Origin: Eledone cirrhosa
Taxonomy: Eukaryota
Assembly (NCBI GenBank): GCA_964016885.1
Contig: OZ024742.1
Location: 354,020,001-354,084,000, forward strand
Direction of reading: 5' to 3'
DNA length: 64,000 nt
Below, in pieces: positions 1 through 15,551 of the stretch. The notes beneath the pieces were generated by a model. That model did no database searches and had not been told where the DNA came from. It saw only the letters and a list, made by a program, of their open reading frames with translations. Each line of letters begins with the position of its first letter. The stretch's first letter is position 1. A program made the translations under genes and the position numbers.

Positions 1-42
<42 letters not shown>

Positions 43-43
<1 letters not shown>

Positions 44-1577
44 GTTACTTATTGATAAGATGGTAATGAGGAATTGCAAGAGGAGACACACTGGTCTTGC
101 CATGGGATGGATAGACTACAAAAAGGCATTTGACATGGTGCCTCATTCTTGGATCACCAAAAGCCTGGAGATCTTCAAGGTGGCAGATAACATCAGACAG
201 TTGTTGGGCAAAAGTGTGAAGTCCTGGAAAACAGAGTTAACATCAACTGGAGAATCCTTGGGAAGCGTGAAGATCAAGAGAGGTATCTTCCAGGGAGATA
301 GTCTGTCCCCTCTGCTGTTTGTCCTTGCCCTGATGCCACTGACCAGTGTACTGAGAAACGTGAGAGCAAGATACAGGTTGTGAAAGGGAGGGCTTACCAT
401 CTGGGAAAGGGAGGGCTTACCATCAATCACCTCCTCTTCATGGACGATCTTAAGCTCTTCGGGAAGAGTGAGAAGGAGTTGGATGGGCTTGTTGACACTG
501 TCCGTATTTTCAGCAATGATATATGTATGCAATTTGGTGTTAGTAAGTGTGGAGTCATTGTGATAAAGAGGGGTAAATTGAGAAGAAATAACGGAATCCA
601 GGTACCGACAGGTGAGAGGATAAAGGAAATTGACTCTGAAGAAGGATACAAGTATTTGGGTATTCTGGAGGCTGATGACATCAAGAAAAAAAAAATGAAG
701 GAATTGATAAGAACTGAATACATTCGGAGAGTAAGGAGCGTATTAAAGTCACATTTGAACAGTAGGAATGCCATAAGTGCAGTAAATTCCCGAGCTGTGT
801 CTATTATTAGGTACAGTGTGGGAATTCTGAGATGGAATGTTGCTGAACAAAAAGAAATGGATAGGAAGACTAGGAAGCTATTGACTATCTACAACATGTT
901 CCATAAGAGGAGTGATGTCGATAGACTCTACTTAAGGAGATCTGAAGGTGGAAGAGGTCTTATCAGCATAGAGGACTGTGTTCGGTTTGAAAAAAACAAC
1001 CTACACAAATACGTGACTGATAGTAAGGAGCCAATGCTCAGAACTGTACTGAATGAGGGGACAATAGACCAGGGGATGTGCAAGGAGGAAATAACATCAA
1101 GGAGAAAGAGCAGCCTTCAGGAAAAATCCCTTCATAGTACCTTCTTTGGGAAAACTGAATTTAGAGATCTACAGACATTGAACTGGTTGAAAAGAGGAGA
1201 CGTTAAAAAAGGCTACGGAACGAATGTTAATGGCTGCGCAGGAGCAGGACCTCAAAACGAAGTGGTTGAAACACCATATTTACAAGGAGGAGGCTAGCCC
1301 ACTGTGCAGGATATGTGGAGAGAGAAGGGAGACTGTGGCTCACATTGTATCCGAGTCTAAACACCTAGCCCAGACTCACTATAAGAGACGTGATGTGATG
1401 GGCAGGGTGATCCACTGGCACCTATGCAAAGTAAACAATTTACCACATTCTGAGAAGTGGTATGAGCATAAGCCAGAGTCGGTGATAGAAAACGATCAGG
1501 TGAAGGTGCTGTGGGATTTTAGGATACAGACGGACAAGAAACTGGAACACAATAGGCCTGACCTGGTGGTTGTGGAC
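43..1577 (+). mobile_element. R4/Dong-like non-LTR retrotransposon (family A), truncated at both ends, frameshifted
   Basis: RT motifs WIDYKKAFD, GIFQGDSLSPLLF and HLLFMDDLKL; CRICGE..TVAHIVS knuckle; RLE start [18 protein letters not shown]. Flanked by (TAA)n on both sides. A 23-nt duplication of gaaagggagggcttaccatc near 382-425 breaks the frame. Confidence 0.92.
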
Positions 1578-1883
1578 AATAATAATAATGATAATAAAAA
1601 TAATAATAATAATAATAATAATGTTTTCTTTATTAACCACAAGGGTTTACATAAAGTAGACATTAAGGACAGTGCAGGACAATGCAGGACGGTACAAATG
1701 GGCATTTCTGCGTGTAAAAAACAAAAACAGAGGATGTAACAAAAATAACAATGAAAATAACAATGAAAAATTCCCCAATAGGGGGGAGACTTCGGAGGGA
1801 CATTTGTGGAGAAAGCCCAGTAAAAAGCCACAATGACCCTGACCACCAAGGCAAGTGCCCTCTCCCAGTTTTCCACCTTTAGT

Positions 1884-4800
1884 TTACAGATATATACTCA
1901 GAGTCGGCCCATTCACTCGGGCCATTCTTGCTTCTCTCACCCATCTTTCAACAAAATGCTGGGAAGAGAGCACTTCCCTCTCTACTCTGATTTTCCTTTT
2001 CAAATGAAATTTGAAAAAGTCAATCAGAGCATCACCGAAGGGGTAAGTGCTCGTCTTCAGCCCTTTCAAACGTGTCCACCATACTATCTCTTTCGCCATG
2101 GCCACCAGACAGATAAAAACTGCCTGCCCTTCCCGGCTAAAGGAGGAGGGCAGGGCAATCCTCACGATGGACTCAGATGATAGCCGGATCCGTCCCAAAC
2201 GCGACAGCAGGTGTTCGACATAAACCCACAAGTCAGCAATTTTCGGACACTGGACGAGTGTGTGCAGGACGGTTTCGTCGCCCTGCGCGCATCTCGGACA
2301 TGCCCGGCTGACGGCACCTCCATGCCTGTAGAGTTTATCCCGAACTGGCAAGGCTCCTCGGTAGCACTGCCAGGCCAGAGATTTCTGGAAGTTGTCCATA
2401 GGCCGCGGCCCGAAAGTTCTTCCGAAGAGATTGGCTAGTTGATTTTCGTCGACGCCTAGAGTTTCCCCATGTACGTCGTCGCTCTTACCCTCCACTAATC
2501 CTCTATAGAACGCCGAGGTGGAGTTTCCACCGATCACATTGCCCGATTGGTCGAGGCCTGTGAGCGCCTGAAGACATTCCAGTCTCCAGACGCTCCCTCT
2601 CGGTCTTCGCTTGACCCAGGACTGCAGCTCCGTCAAGGAAACGAGCAGGGGAAATACGCGCCTAGCAAACGGCGACCACACCTGATCACCGTCGAGGAAG
2701 AGGTGGAGATGTCGTAGCCTGAGCGCGTGCCTGCGCATCATCAGCCACGGCATGCCCAGCCCTCCACGTAGCGGGTGTTGACAACAGATGGACCGCCTGA
2801 CCATCGGAGCACGTCCCTTCCACAAAAAGCGAAAGAGCAAACGCTCCAGCGCAGTCAGGCGAGGCTTAGGACAAGGTACGACGGTCAGGCGGTAGCAGAT
2901 GACAGACGCGATGTACGCGTTAGCCACCTCCGCTCGACCTTTCAAGGATAGCTTCCTCTCCACCCATTTCTGGGTGAGAGAAGCCACCCTGCTCGTCACC
3001 TCGTCCCAGTTTTTGTCCGTCTGGAGGTCCGGACCGAACCAGACCCCTAGCAATTTAACCGATCTGTCCGTCCAGCGTCCGACGACGCTGTTGGACGGCA
3101 TGGACCTGCCTCTCCAGGTGCCCACTGACTTTTCCTGGTTGATCATTGCTTCTGTCACCGCTTCGTATTCTCTTAGTGTAGTGCCGATCGCCTCGATGTG
3201 TTTGGCGTTCGACACCACTACGGTGACATCGTCCGCATATGCTGACACGGATCTTCCGCATCCTAGTTCGCGCGGGACTCCCCTCAACGTCTCCAGTTTG
3301 TGCAGTAATGGCTCGAGAGTCAATACGTACAAGAGGGACGAGAGGGGACATCCTTGGCGGACCGAGCGCATGATGTTGAACGGTTCCGACAGGTGACCGT
3401 TCACTCTCACCACAGAGCAGATGTCGCTGTGCATGGCAGCGATCCAGCCTCTGAAGACGGGCCCAAAGCCAGCCGCCCTCAGGACTGCCGCTAGGTAACG
3501 ATGGTCGACCCTATCGAAAGCTTTCGACTGATCTAAATTTATCAAGGACCCACCCGTGCCAGGTTCCCTAGCTACCCTCTCTACGATGTATCGCATGAGG
3601 TGGAGGTTGTCGTGGATGGATCTGTCGGGAATGGCGCATGTCTGCGCCTCTCCCACCAGACCACCAACGACAAGCGCCAACCTCTTTTCTAGCACCTTGG
3701 CCAAAATCTTAAACTCTGTGTTTAGCAGAGCTATGGGCCGGAAATTGTCTATGTTATCCCCCTTGTTCGGATCCTTTCTCAGCAGTGCCACCGCTCCTGG
3801 GCTCACAGAACTGGCAATTCTCCCGTTCTGTTGCCAGTTGCAGTAGACGTCCGCCAAGAGGCCTCCGAACAAGTCTGGCATCTGTACGTAAAGTTCATAG
3901 GGCAGACCATCCAAACCAGGCGATTTACCCCTTGTGCAGCCAGTCATTGCCTCCCTTATTTCAGCGGCTGTTATCGGCTTTTCACAACACCTCGCCTCAG
4001 TGGCCGAGAGCCGCGGCAGTCCGTCGAGGTAGACACTAAAGTCCATCCCTCTACCCGGCCCCCCGCTGCCCCCGAACAGCTGAGCGAAGTGTCGCTGAAA
4101 AGCTTCACACATTTGCCCGGGATCGAGTAGCATGCGCCCGTCGTGGTCCACCAAAGACCGGATCGTGGCTTTGTTGCCACGACGCGCCTCCGCCACTCGG
4201 TCCCATTGAACGGCTTTCGTCCCCTCGTGTCTGAGAGCACGCACCCTAGCTCTGACAACGCAGCCTTCGTGCTTTGCATTGAAGAATTGGTCAAGGGCCA
4301 ATTTCGCCGCAAACACGTCGGTCGCAATGCCTTTGCTAAGCGCCTCGTCTAATTTTCTAACTAATTCTCCCTCTGCTCTATTTTTCTCTATTGCTAAAGA
4401 CTTACTAAACCTAATCGATTCTATTCTAATCGCTCTTTTCAGAGCAAACCACCACTTGTTGTTGACGATGGCCCCCGTCAACTCCCGCTTAACTAGTTCG
4501 CTAATCCGGTCTCTGTAGGCCTTGCGCGCTGGTAAGGACGCGTTTAGCTTCCAGTAGCCGGGTCCTCGTCTATGAAGCCTATCTAAGTCAAGCACACAGA
4601 TCACGAATTTGTGGTCCGTGTAGCTGACTATCTTGAATTGTGGACAGCCTATGCTGGACCTATCTATTTCCCTACAAAATACTCTATCTAGATATGATCT
4701 GGATGACCTTATGCGGTTTGTCCAAGTCCACATTGGCACATTCGGGAAATCCAATCGGTATCTGTCAGACAGTTCAAAACGCCTGAGCAGGTTGGTGAGG

Positions 4801-5291
4801 CTCTTGCACCCTCCACCCCTTTCCGCTAATCCCACACAGTCCCAGCGTGCATCTAAGATCCCGTTCCAGTCGCCCACTTACACTAAAGAGCGGGACGTTC
4901 CAAGAAAGGTCTCCAGACGCCGGAAGAAATCAGGCCGCCCTGCTACTGTCGGGGCATAGACGGCCACTAGCCTGAAAGCTTGCCCGTCTCCGCTGGTCAT
5001 GTCCAGCACCACCAGCTTACCCTCTGGGTCCAGGAAGATGGCCCGTATGGTGAGATCCAAACCTCTCCGAAAAAGCACAGCAACTCCTCCACCCGATCCA
5101 GGACGGCTGGGAGATGCGTACACATCGCAGCCGCCGAAGATCGGTGCGAAGGCCCGTGCTTCGGAGATTCTGGTCTCGCTGATGGCCACTACATCTATGT
5201 TTAGTGACCTTAGGTCGTTGAGCAGGTGACCCTGCTTCCATGACGACCCCAAGCCACGGGCATTTATGCTGCCTATTCTGAGTGAGGTCAT
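1884..5291 (-). pseudogene. Tx1-like ORF2 (APE endonuclease + RT + C-terminal Cys motif) with one in-frame TAA at 4878-4880
   Basis: APE motifs SINARG, ISET, VYAP, GDWN, YLDR, TDHK; RT motifs KSPGLDG, LDQSKAFD, VRQGCPLS, YADD; CPRC..ETVLHTLVQC. The ORFs 4878..5291 and 1884..4877 are in the same frame. Confidence 0.92.
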
Positions 5292-5374
5292 GTTTAAAAT
5301 AGAGTGGAAAAGATTGGAAAGACCACTTACCGTACTTTTGGTAGAGGAGGGATGGTTTTTACATCCCTTTTCAC

Positions 5375-7471
5375 TTAATCGTCTGGTGAAGGGACCGTTG
5401 AATCGTCCCTTCGGCTGGTCGTCGGCTCTTCTAAGAGAATGTCTGAATATACTCTTCGATTGATGGTTCCTCCTAGGTCCCTGAAATCACCAACTGCGTT
5501 GGGGAATTTCGTTTTAATGTTTGTGTATTGTTTCTGTGCTATTTTTAGCAGTCTTATGTTAGTTGGCGTTTTGATTGGTGCTGGTATTATGTAGTCCTGT
5601 TGTGAAATGTCTGTGTGTTCAATTATGTAAGTCATTAGTTTCTTGTTGTGTGTATTTATTGCCGTGCATTTATTTTTCTGGTGGTGGGGTGTGGTTCTGC
5701 TATTTTCTTGTCGTTGTTGCTGGGTGTGTGTGTTTTGTTGTTGTGTTTGCGATGTTGGTGTTTGTGGTGGTGGTGTTGAAGGTGTTGTTGGCGGTGGGGT
5801 TGTCGCCGGTGGTGATGGTGGTGCTAGTGTGGGTGGTGATGGTGTTGGTGGTGTTGCTGCTGTGGGTCTCTTTGCAGTAGACTTTACCCTTTTCTCATTT
5901 CTTTCCTCCCTTTTCAAAGGCGACGATGCGCTGCTTCTGCGTTTGTGCCTTCTTACGACCTTTTGCCATCCCTCTCCCACCTCACACTCCATGTCTGATT
6001 CTGTGAGGTCGGGGAGGGGTACCAGCTCCACTCTTTCACTTGTTGTTGTTGGTGATGTTTGCACTGGAGTCTCTGTTGCAGCTGCATTTGGTATTGCTGT
6101 TGTTGTTGTTGTTAATATTTCCACTGCTGCTGCTGTTTTTGATTTCCGTGGAGTGGGTATGGGTGCCACGGACCTATCGTTCCTGGTTGCCGCTTGTCCT
6201 GTTGCTGGTAGCCGTGGAGCCGGATTCGGAAGGAGGGGGGTTTTCTCCTTTCTCAGGGTCTTCTCGTTGCAGAAGGCCCTGAGGTGAGTCTTCGATCCAC
6301 AGCGAAAGCATTTCGGGCGTTTGCCCTCAACACTTATAGGCAGTTGAGTGCCGTTATCGAAGTCTATCACATCCGGGATAGCTTCGATGCACTCCTGGTT
6401 GGTTTGGATTAGCATCTCAATGGAGGAGCCGACCCAATCTTCTCTTACTTTTTTCTGTACTTGCAGTACAGTTGTTTTGTCCTCGATTCCGTCGAGGACA
6501 GACGCGGCCAGCCAAGAAGGGGTCATTCCGGGGGGGACGTGGGTCAGTTTGACCCTCACAATTTTTTGCCCGCAGCAGGAGGGCACCAACACCATTTCCT
6601 CGCTCCTTAGGGTCACTACTGATTGGGCCTTTGCCTCCTGGGGTGTGGCAAAAAGTACGTCTACGGTGGCATATTTTTTGCCTCGGGTGATGTGCGTTTT
6701 CCGCTGCCACACAGACCCCAAGGCTTTTTGTATTTGGGCCTCTGTGGCTCTTTCCACCCTACAGGATTTTGTACTTACTGTACGGTACGTGACCGTACAG
6801 TGCTCTTGGGTTTCGAAAAATTTTTCCGCTGCCTTGCAGATTGCTCGGTGTCCGTTCTTTGTCACCATCTTCTTCGCTTCCTCTAATTCCTCATTTGTTA
6901 TGAGGATTGTTTCCAAGTTTTTCGCAATACCTGCAAATGAGATTGTTTTTTCTCTGCTGTTGTTGTTGTCGTCAGAGCTGCTGGTACTTGTGTTGTTGCT
7001 GCAGGTACTACGACTACTGCCTCCGCCGCTGTTGCTGTGGTTGTTGTTGGTGTTGCTGCTGCTAATGCTGTTGTTGTTTATGCTGCTGGTGATGCTGTTG
7101 CGGCTGCTACTGTTGTTTTCATTGTCACTGTTGCTGTTGTTATTACGGCTGCTACTGTTGTTTTCATTGTCACTGTTGCTGTTGTTATTACGGCTGCTAC
7201 TGCTATTATTCCTGACGTCAGACGAATGAACTGGGTTTTCGTACTTCCCGCACACCTGTTTCGTCGCTGTCGTCGTCGTCGTGGAGAAACCTTGCACGCT
7301 TTGCACGAGACTTTTCTTTTCTTTCGTCACTTGCGAAAGAGAAGGGAGGGAGAGAGACACATTTAAAGAAGGGAGGGAGAGAGACAATCTTCTCTCTGCT
7401 GTAGTGATGATTGAGGAAGAAGAAGACGGAATGAGTGGGAGTGACGTATGAAATTTCTTTTTCGTAGCCAT
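5375..7471 (-). CDS. Tx1-like ORF1 (gag-like nucleic-acid-binding protein), 698 aa
   Basis: Open 698-aa frame with a CX2CX4HX4C knuckle (CFRCGSKTHLRAFC) and N/S- and P/T-rich low-complexity tails; lies directly upstream of ORF2. Confidence 0.88.
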   Translation of the reverse strand: MATKKKFHTSLPLIPSSSSSIITTAERRLSLSLPSLNVSLSLPSLSQVTKEKKSLVQSVQGFSTTTTTATKQVCGKYENPVHSSDVRNNSSSSRNNNSNSDNENNSSSRNNNSNSDNENNSSSRNSITSSINNNSISSSNTNNNHSNSGGGSSRSTCSNNTSTSSSDDNNNSREKTISFAGIAKNLETILITNEELEEAKKMVTKNGHRAICKAAEKFFETQEHCTVTYRTVSTKSCRVERATEAQIQKALGSVWQRKTHITRGKKYATVDVLFATPQEAKAQSVVTLRSEEMVLVPSCCGQKIVRVKLTHVPPGMTPSWLAASVLDGIEDKTTVLQVQKKVREDWVGSSIEMLIQTNQECIEAIPDVIDFDNGTQLPISVEGKRPKCFRCGSKTHLRAFCNEKTLRKEKTPLLPNPAPRLPATGQAATRNDRSVAPIPTPRKSKTAAAVEILTTTTTAIPNAAATETPVQTSPTTTSERVELVPLPDLTESDMECEVGEGWQKVVRRHKRRSSASSPLKREERNEKRVKSTAKRPTAATPPTPSPPTLAPPSPPATTPPPTTPSTPPPQTPTSQTQQQNTHTQQQRQENSRTTPHHQKNKCTAINTHNKKLMTYIIEHTDISQQDYIIPAPIKTPTNIRLLKIAQKQYTNIKTKFPNAVGDFRDLGGTINRRVYSDILLEEPTTSRRDDSTVPSPDD

Positions 7472-8029
7472 GTTGTTTTTTTGTTTAAAATGAATATTGG
7501 GTACAAAACTCCAATAACTGGTTATTTAAGCCAGAAGGGCCAAATAACGGACAGAAAGACCCCTTTCACGAGGAGGAGGGTGTCTTTATCAACAATTTGG
7601 TTCAAGTTTTAAACAATTTACAATTGTTTTAACGGTTAAAAATTACTATACCTTACAGAGCCGAGCCTCCGTCAACCATGGCATTCAATAATAATAATAA
7701 TAATAAAAGTAAAAGATATAAATAGCAAAGGATATAAATAGATTGACTTAGTGACCTGGCCACGGGCCAAACGTCATCAACTATGGCACTGCTGGCTCCC
7801 CCATTCCTCACTAACAATATAAAAAGCCTCAGCACCACCACCGACATAGCCAACAACAATAACAGGCAACTTCAGCAAAAAGTATATTATATTATTGTAA
7901 TGCACTGGGTGATTGCTGGGCTTGTGCCTGGAGTGGAGACAATTATTAATAATTTCATTCTTAAGCCACGCAATGCTCATATTAAGGAATCACTCATGAT
8001 AATAACAATTTAAAAAAACAACAAAAAAG

Positions 8030-11546
<3,517 letters not shown>

Positions 11547-12320
11547 GCATGTTGCAATACATCTTTAAATTTTAACATTTTGTACCTCATTAATCATGGC
11601 TTTCATGAAACTAAAAACACTAGAAAAAAAAGGATAATCCCGGAATGACTTCATCGCCTTAAAGTATTAATCTTTATTTTAAAAATAGAAAATTTCACAA
11701 CAATATGTTACCTAATAAATATTGTCTATACATTTAAATTAACAAATCTGTTTTTAGTAATTTTCTGCTAAATAATTTTATAATATTAGAACGTATCATA
11801 ATATAATTTGTTATGGAGATTATGACCTGTGAAAAAAGGATGAAGGGAAACAGTCCTCAATCATAAAAGTGACCTGTTATATTATATATGTTCATACATG
11901 GAACAAAATCGCAACCTAACTTCAGAAGACCAGATATTGAAACGTATCTCCAAATTTAACTGCGGGTTCAAACGTGTGAGCCGTTCTTCAGGCGCAGAGA
12001 GGAGTTTTAAGATACCTGTAAAAGTATCGCAAGCTAAAACGATAGTTTAAGAAAAACGTATTATAGTGAAGGGAAGTAACTCAAAAGTATAAATTTGAAA
12101 TTGCAAAGTCGTCTGCACGTGTAGAAAGGGTTACTTATGTCATGTGTATTATCATGTTATGGTATGTATTACAAAGGGTTTATGTGGGCGAGTAGTTTAA
12201 ACATTACAAGGGCCTGATGATTATGTCTTACTTTTGATCCCTCTTACACTCTGGAGATATATTCAATATTCGGCGTTCAAACATTAAGTAACAGTATTCT
12301 TCCACGTAGTAACATTAATG

Positions 12321-12370
<50 letters not shown>

Positions 12371-12373
12371 CAT

Positions 12374-12442
12374 CTGACAGGATGGTATACGATGCTGACG
12401 ATAGCTAATAAGCTTGAAACTAGTACCTTATTCCTCTGTCAG
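12374..12442 (+). ncRNA. Degenerate type I hammerhead-like motif
   Basis: CTGACGA-tagc-taataa-gctt-GAAA-CTAG-TA. Stem I is poor, with outer pairing ctgacag/ctgtcag. Same loop II and stem III as the 15036-15080 motif. Confidence 0.5.
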
Positions 12443-12685
12443 TGTTGAACAAAATGGCGACGATGGTTGCCGAACAATGTACGGCGTAATTCGGTCTGTT
12501 TGTTTACAAACAAACTGAACATTATAATAAATGTTCGGTAAACTCAAACGTACATATATCTATGTGTGCATGTATGTATATATATATACAAACTACTGTA
12601 CGTCTGTACACATATATGTATGTACGTATACATACTTATAGACGTATCAGCCGTACTAAGAGTGAGAAATGAAATCTCGTTTCAT

Positions 12686-12835
<150 letters not shown>

Positions 12836-12982
12836 ATACTTTGGGAGGGTCATGTTGCCAATAAGAAACACACGCACCAGTTGTTTTCACTTCAAACTAT
12901 AACAATATCGGTTTCAACACACGATTTCAGATAAAGAATCTTGCTAAACAAATTCAGAAACGATATATATATATATATAGAT

Positions 12983-13303
12983 ATAATATAAGATCAAAAG
13001 ATGGTTAAAGGAGTTCAATATATTTTATTATGCGCATTTCAAAAACAAACATCATCAAACAATAATATTTGTGTTTTCATCAGATAAAACAGGAGAACAT
13101 GATATGAAGGCTAAAAAAACACTTGTTGATAGTGCAGTTTTAAATCAACTGCACTATCAACAAGTGTTTTTTTAGCCTTCATATCATGTTCTCCTGTTTT
13201 ATCTGATGAAAACACAAATATTATTGTTTGATGATGTTTGTTTTTGAAATGCGCATAATAAAATATATTGAACTCCTTTAACCATCTTTTGATCTTATAT
13301 TAT
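12983..13303. repeat. Perfect 157-bp inverted repeat with 7-nt spacer (inverted PLE pseudo-LTR pair)
   Basis: 12983-13139 is the reverse complement of 13147-13303. The unpaired tail 13304-13390 runs into (TA)n. Confidence 0.95.
13197..13263 (+). ncRNA. Type I hammerhead ribozyme motif (mirror copy on - strand at 13023-13089)
   Basis: ttttat-CTGATGA-stem II (aaacacaaata..tgtttgtttt)-GAAA-TGCGCA-TA-ataaaa; 6-bp stem I and palindromic stem III. Confidence 0.85.
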
Positions 13304-13397
13304 GCATACTCCAGTCCCACAAACTGTAGAGTGCTTCTTATCCGATATCTGCATTGCTTTATTGTACTACAATAAAACTCACCTCCTACATATATAT

Positions 13398-13441
<44 letters not shown>

Positions 13442-13443
<2 letters not shown>

Positions 13444-13840
13444 ATTTTGTTCCCAAACGGAACTGAAATTTTGAATTGTTGTTATTATCAATAAATATAC
13501 TTCATTATTTCTGAAGACGGCGTATATATGTGTTTGGTATGTATATTTAATCTTGATAATTTGTATAATTTTGTATAATTTTGTACATAGATCTGTTGAA
13601 TATGCATACCAATTCTAACACATGTATATCCTAGAAACGATCGTTAAATAATGAACTTTTTTTGTTTAATATAAGGAATTGTTTATTCATTATTTGTTTA
13701 ATATTTTATCTTGACTCTGTATACCGTTTATCTTTCACCGAAAGTGGTTTTTCATTACATCTCTTCTTTCCATGATATCCGGAATACATTGAGTTCTTCA
13801 TACGGATTGGACACTACCGTAAACTCTTGGTAGATTTATC

Positions 13841-13845
<5 letters not shown>
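13442..13845 (+). mobile_element. Penelope-like pseudo-LTR (family X) with tail, in (TA)n
   Basis: Near-identical to 17080-17485, contains an HHR and is bounded by TA repeats. Confidence 0.75.
13501..13655 (+). ncRNA. Type I hammerhead motif with 116-nt stem II domain
   Basis: ttcattattt-CTGAAGA-[116 nt]-GAAA-CGATCG-TT-aaataatgaa; perfect 10-bp stem I. Confidence 0.8.
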
Positions 13846-13869
<24 letters not shown>

Positions 13870-13878
<9 letters not shown>

Positions 13879-14682
13879 TAAAAAAATAATGAATAAAACA
13901 ATGAAACAGTTCCTCATATTAAACAAAAAAAGTTCATTATCTAACGATCGTTTCTAGGATATATATGTGTTAGAATTGGCATGCATATTCAACAGATCTA
14001 TGTACAAAATTATACAAAATTATACAAACTATCAAAATTAAATATACATACCAACACATATATATGCCGTCTTCAGAAATAATGAAATATATTTATTGAT
14101 AATAACAACAATTCAAAATTACAGGTCTGTTTGGGAACAGAGTTCAATTTGACCAATGAAAACACAAAAAGTTTATACAGTTAGGTGTGTGTATATATGT
14201 AAGTAACTTCGTTCACAGATATGCATAAAAATATATGTTCACATGCATACGCATGCCAAAAAGATGTATGTAAATACAAGAATTCAAGGCTAATGTCTCT
14301 GTATGTTTATAATCTACAGATAAAATACGTATACGCATATAAACATATAAATATAAAAATAAATATATACACACATTCATATATTCACACATATACGTAA
14401 ATTCACACACACACGCGCGTATACGCATAAACATACACACAACCACGAACATACATACACACACACACCCCCACACACATATATGTGTATATACTATTAT
14501 CATAAGCATATGGACATTAATGCGCGCACATAAACACTGCCACACATATTTAGATCCAGATACAGAAAGTAGGTGGGGGGGGGGAGGTCAGTATTTACCG
14601 GTGTCAGCAAACTGCCTATTTATAAATGTATCTATAAATTTAGAAATAAAAAGAAAAAGAAAAAAGAAATATATTAAGAAAA

Positions 14683-14749
<67 letters not shown>

Positions 14750-14751
14750 AA
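13870..14751 (-). mobile_element. Inverted arm of non-coding PLE-like family X (HHR at 13933-14086, - strand)
   Basis: Reverse complement of 16491-17350 with few mismatches; lacks the ~130-nt tail. Confidence 0.85.
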
Positions 14752-15490
14752 ATAACGAAACGAAATTAAATTTCGTTTCGCTTCTAACTCACTTTTGTAT
14801 GACTGACGCTTAAACAATTAAGTTAAAGTGTACATCTACATATGTATACGGAAGTATTAGTATGTATATAAATACACACATGTATACATATATATATATG
14901 TTCTGAGTTTTTCACTAGACACTTTACAGTGAGTGTCAGCTAGTCTGTATGTAACCACACAGACGGACCGGGTTTTAGAGTCATACGAGTTTTCAAGGAA
15001 ACACATTTCCTCTATTCTCCAGAGGGCCAGACAGGAATATTGGACTAGTTTCGATGTTATTACATCTCATCAGCAATATTTACCCTTCTTCCGGCTTCTT
15101 TGGAGAATTGTAAAAGCACATATCGTTATATGCTTTTTCTATGAAAATTAGTAGTGGGTAGACTAATTTGCATAGAACGTGAGTCATTGTACGCACCGGT
15201 TCAGCGGAAACGATAAAAACAAATAACGAAACGAAATTAAATTTCGTTTCGCTTCTAACTCACTTTTGTATGACTGACGCTTAAACAATTAAGTTAAAGT
15301 GTACATCTACATATGTATACGGAAGTATTAGTATGTATATAAATACACACATGTATACATATGTATATGTACTGAGTTTTTCACTAGACACTTTACAGTG
15401 AGTGTCAGCTAGTCTGTATATAACCACACAGACGGACCGGGTTTTAGAGTCATACGAGTTTTCAAGGAAACACATTTCCTCTATTCTCCA
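14746..15490 (-). mobile_element. Retrozyme-like element: ~470-nt monomer present as ~1.6 tandem copies
   Basis: 14746-15021 is repeated at 15217-15490. One canonical HHR per monomer, several hairpins, no credible ORF, TA-repeat flanks. Confidence 0.78.
15036..15080 (-). ncRNA. Canonical minimal type I hammerhead ribozyme
   Basis: Minus strand reads aatattg-CTGATGA-gatg-taataa-catc-GAAA-CTAG-TC-caatatt: perfect stems I and II, GTC cleavage triplet, predicted cut between 15043 and 15042. Confidence 0.92.
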
Positions 15491-15499
15491 TATATATTT

Positions 15500-15501
15500 T
15501 C

Positions 15502-15551
<50 letters not shown>

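Larger units (their letters stand above)
1622..7686 (-). mobile_element. Full-length L1/Tx1-clade LINE inserted in (TAA)n
   Basis: 5' UTR, ORF1, 83-nt spacer, APE-RT ORF2, and a 3' UTR with AATAAA just before the (TTA)n flank. TAA repeats at both ends. Confidence 0.93.

Noticed and set aside
2211-7366. Plus-strand ORFs antisense to the Tx1 ORFs
   Set aside because: Shadow frames of GC-rich or low-complexity coding sequence with no recognisable motifs.
12210-12240. CTGATGA at ~12214 (and CTGACGA/CTGAAGA at ~49709, ~56379, ~56841)
   Set aside because: No properly placed GAAA with stems I-III.
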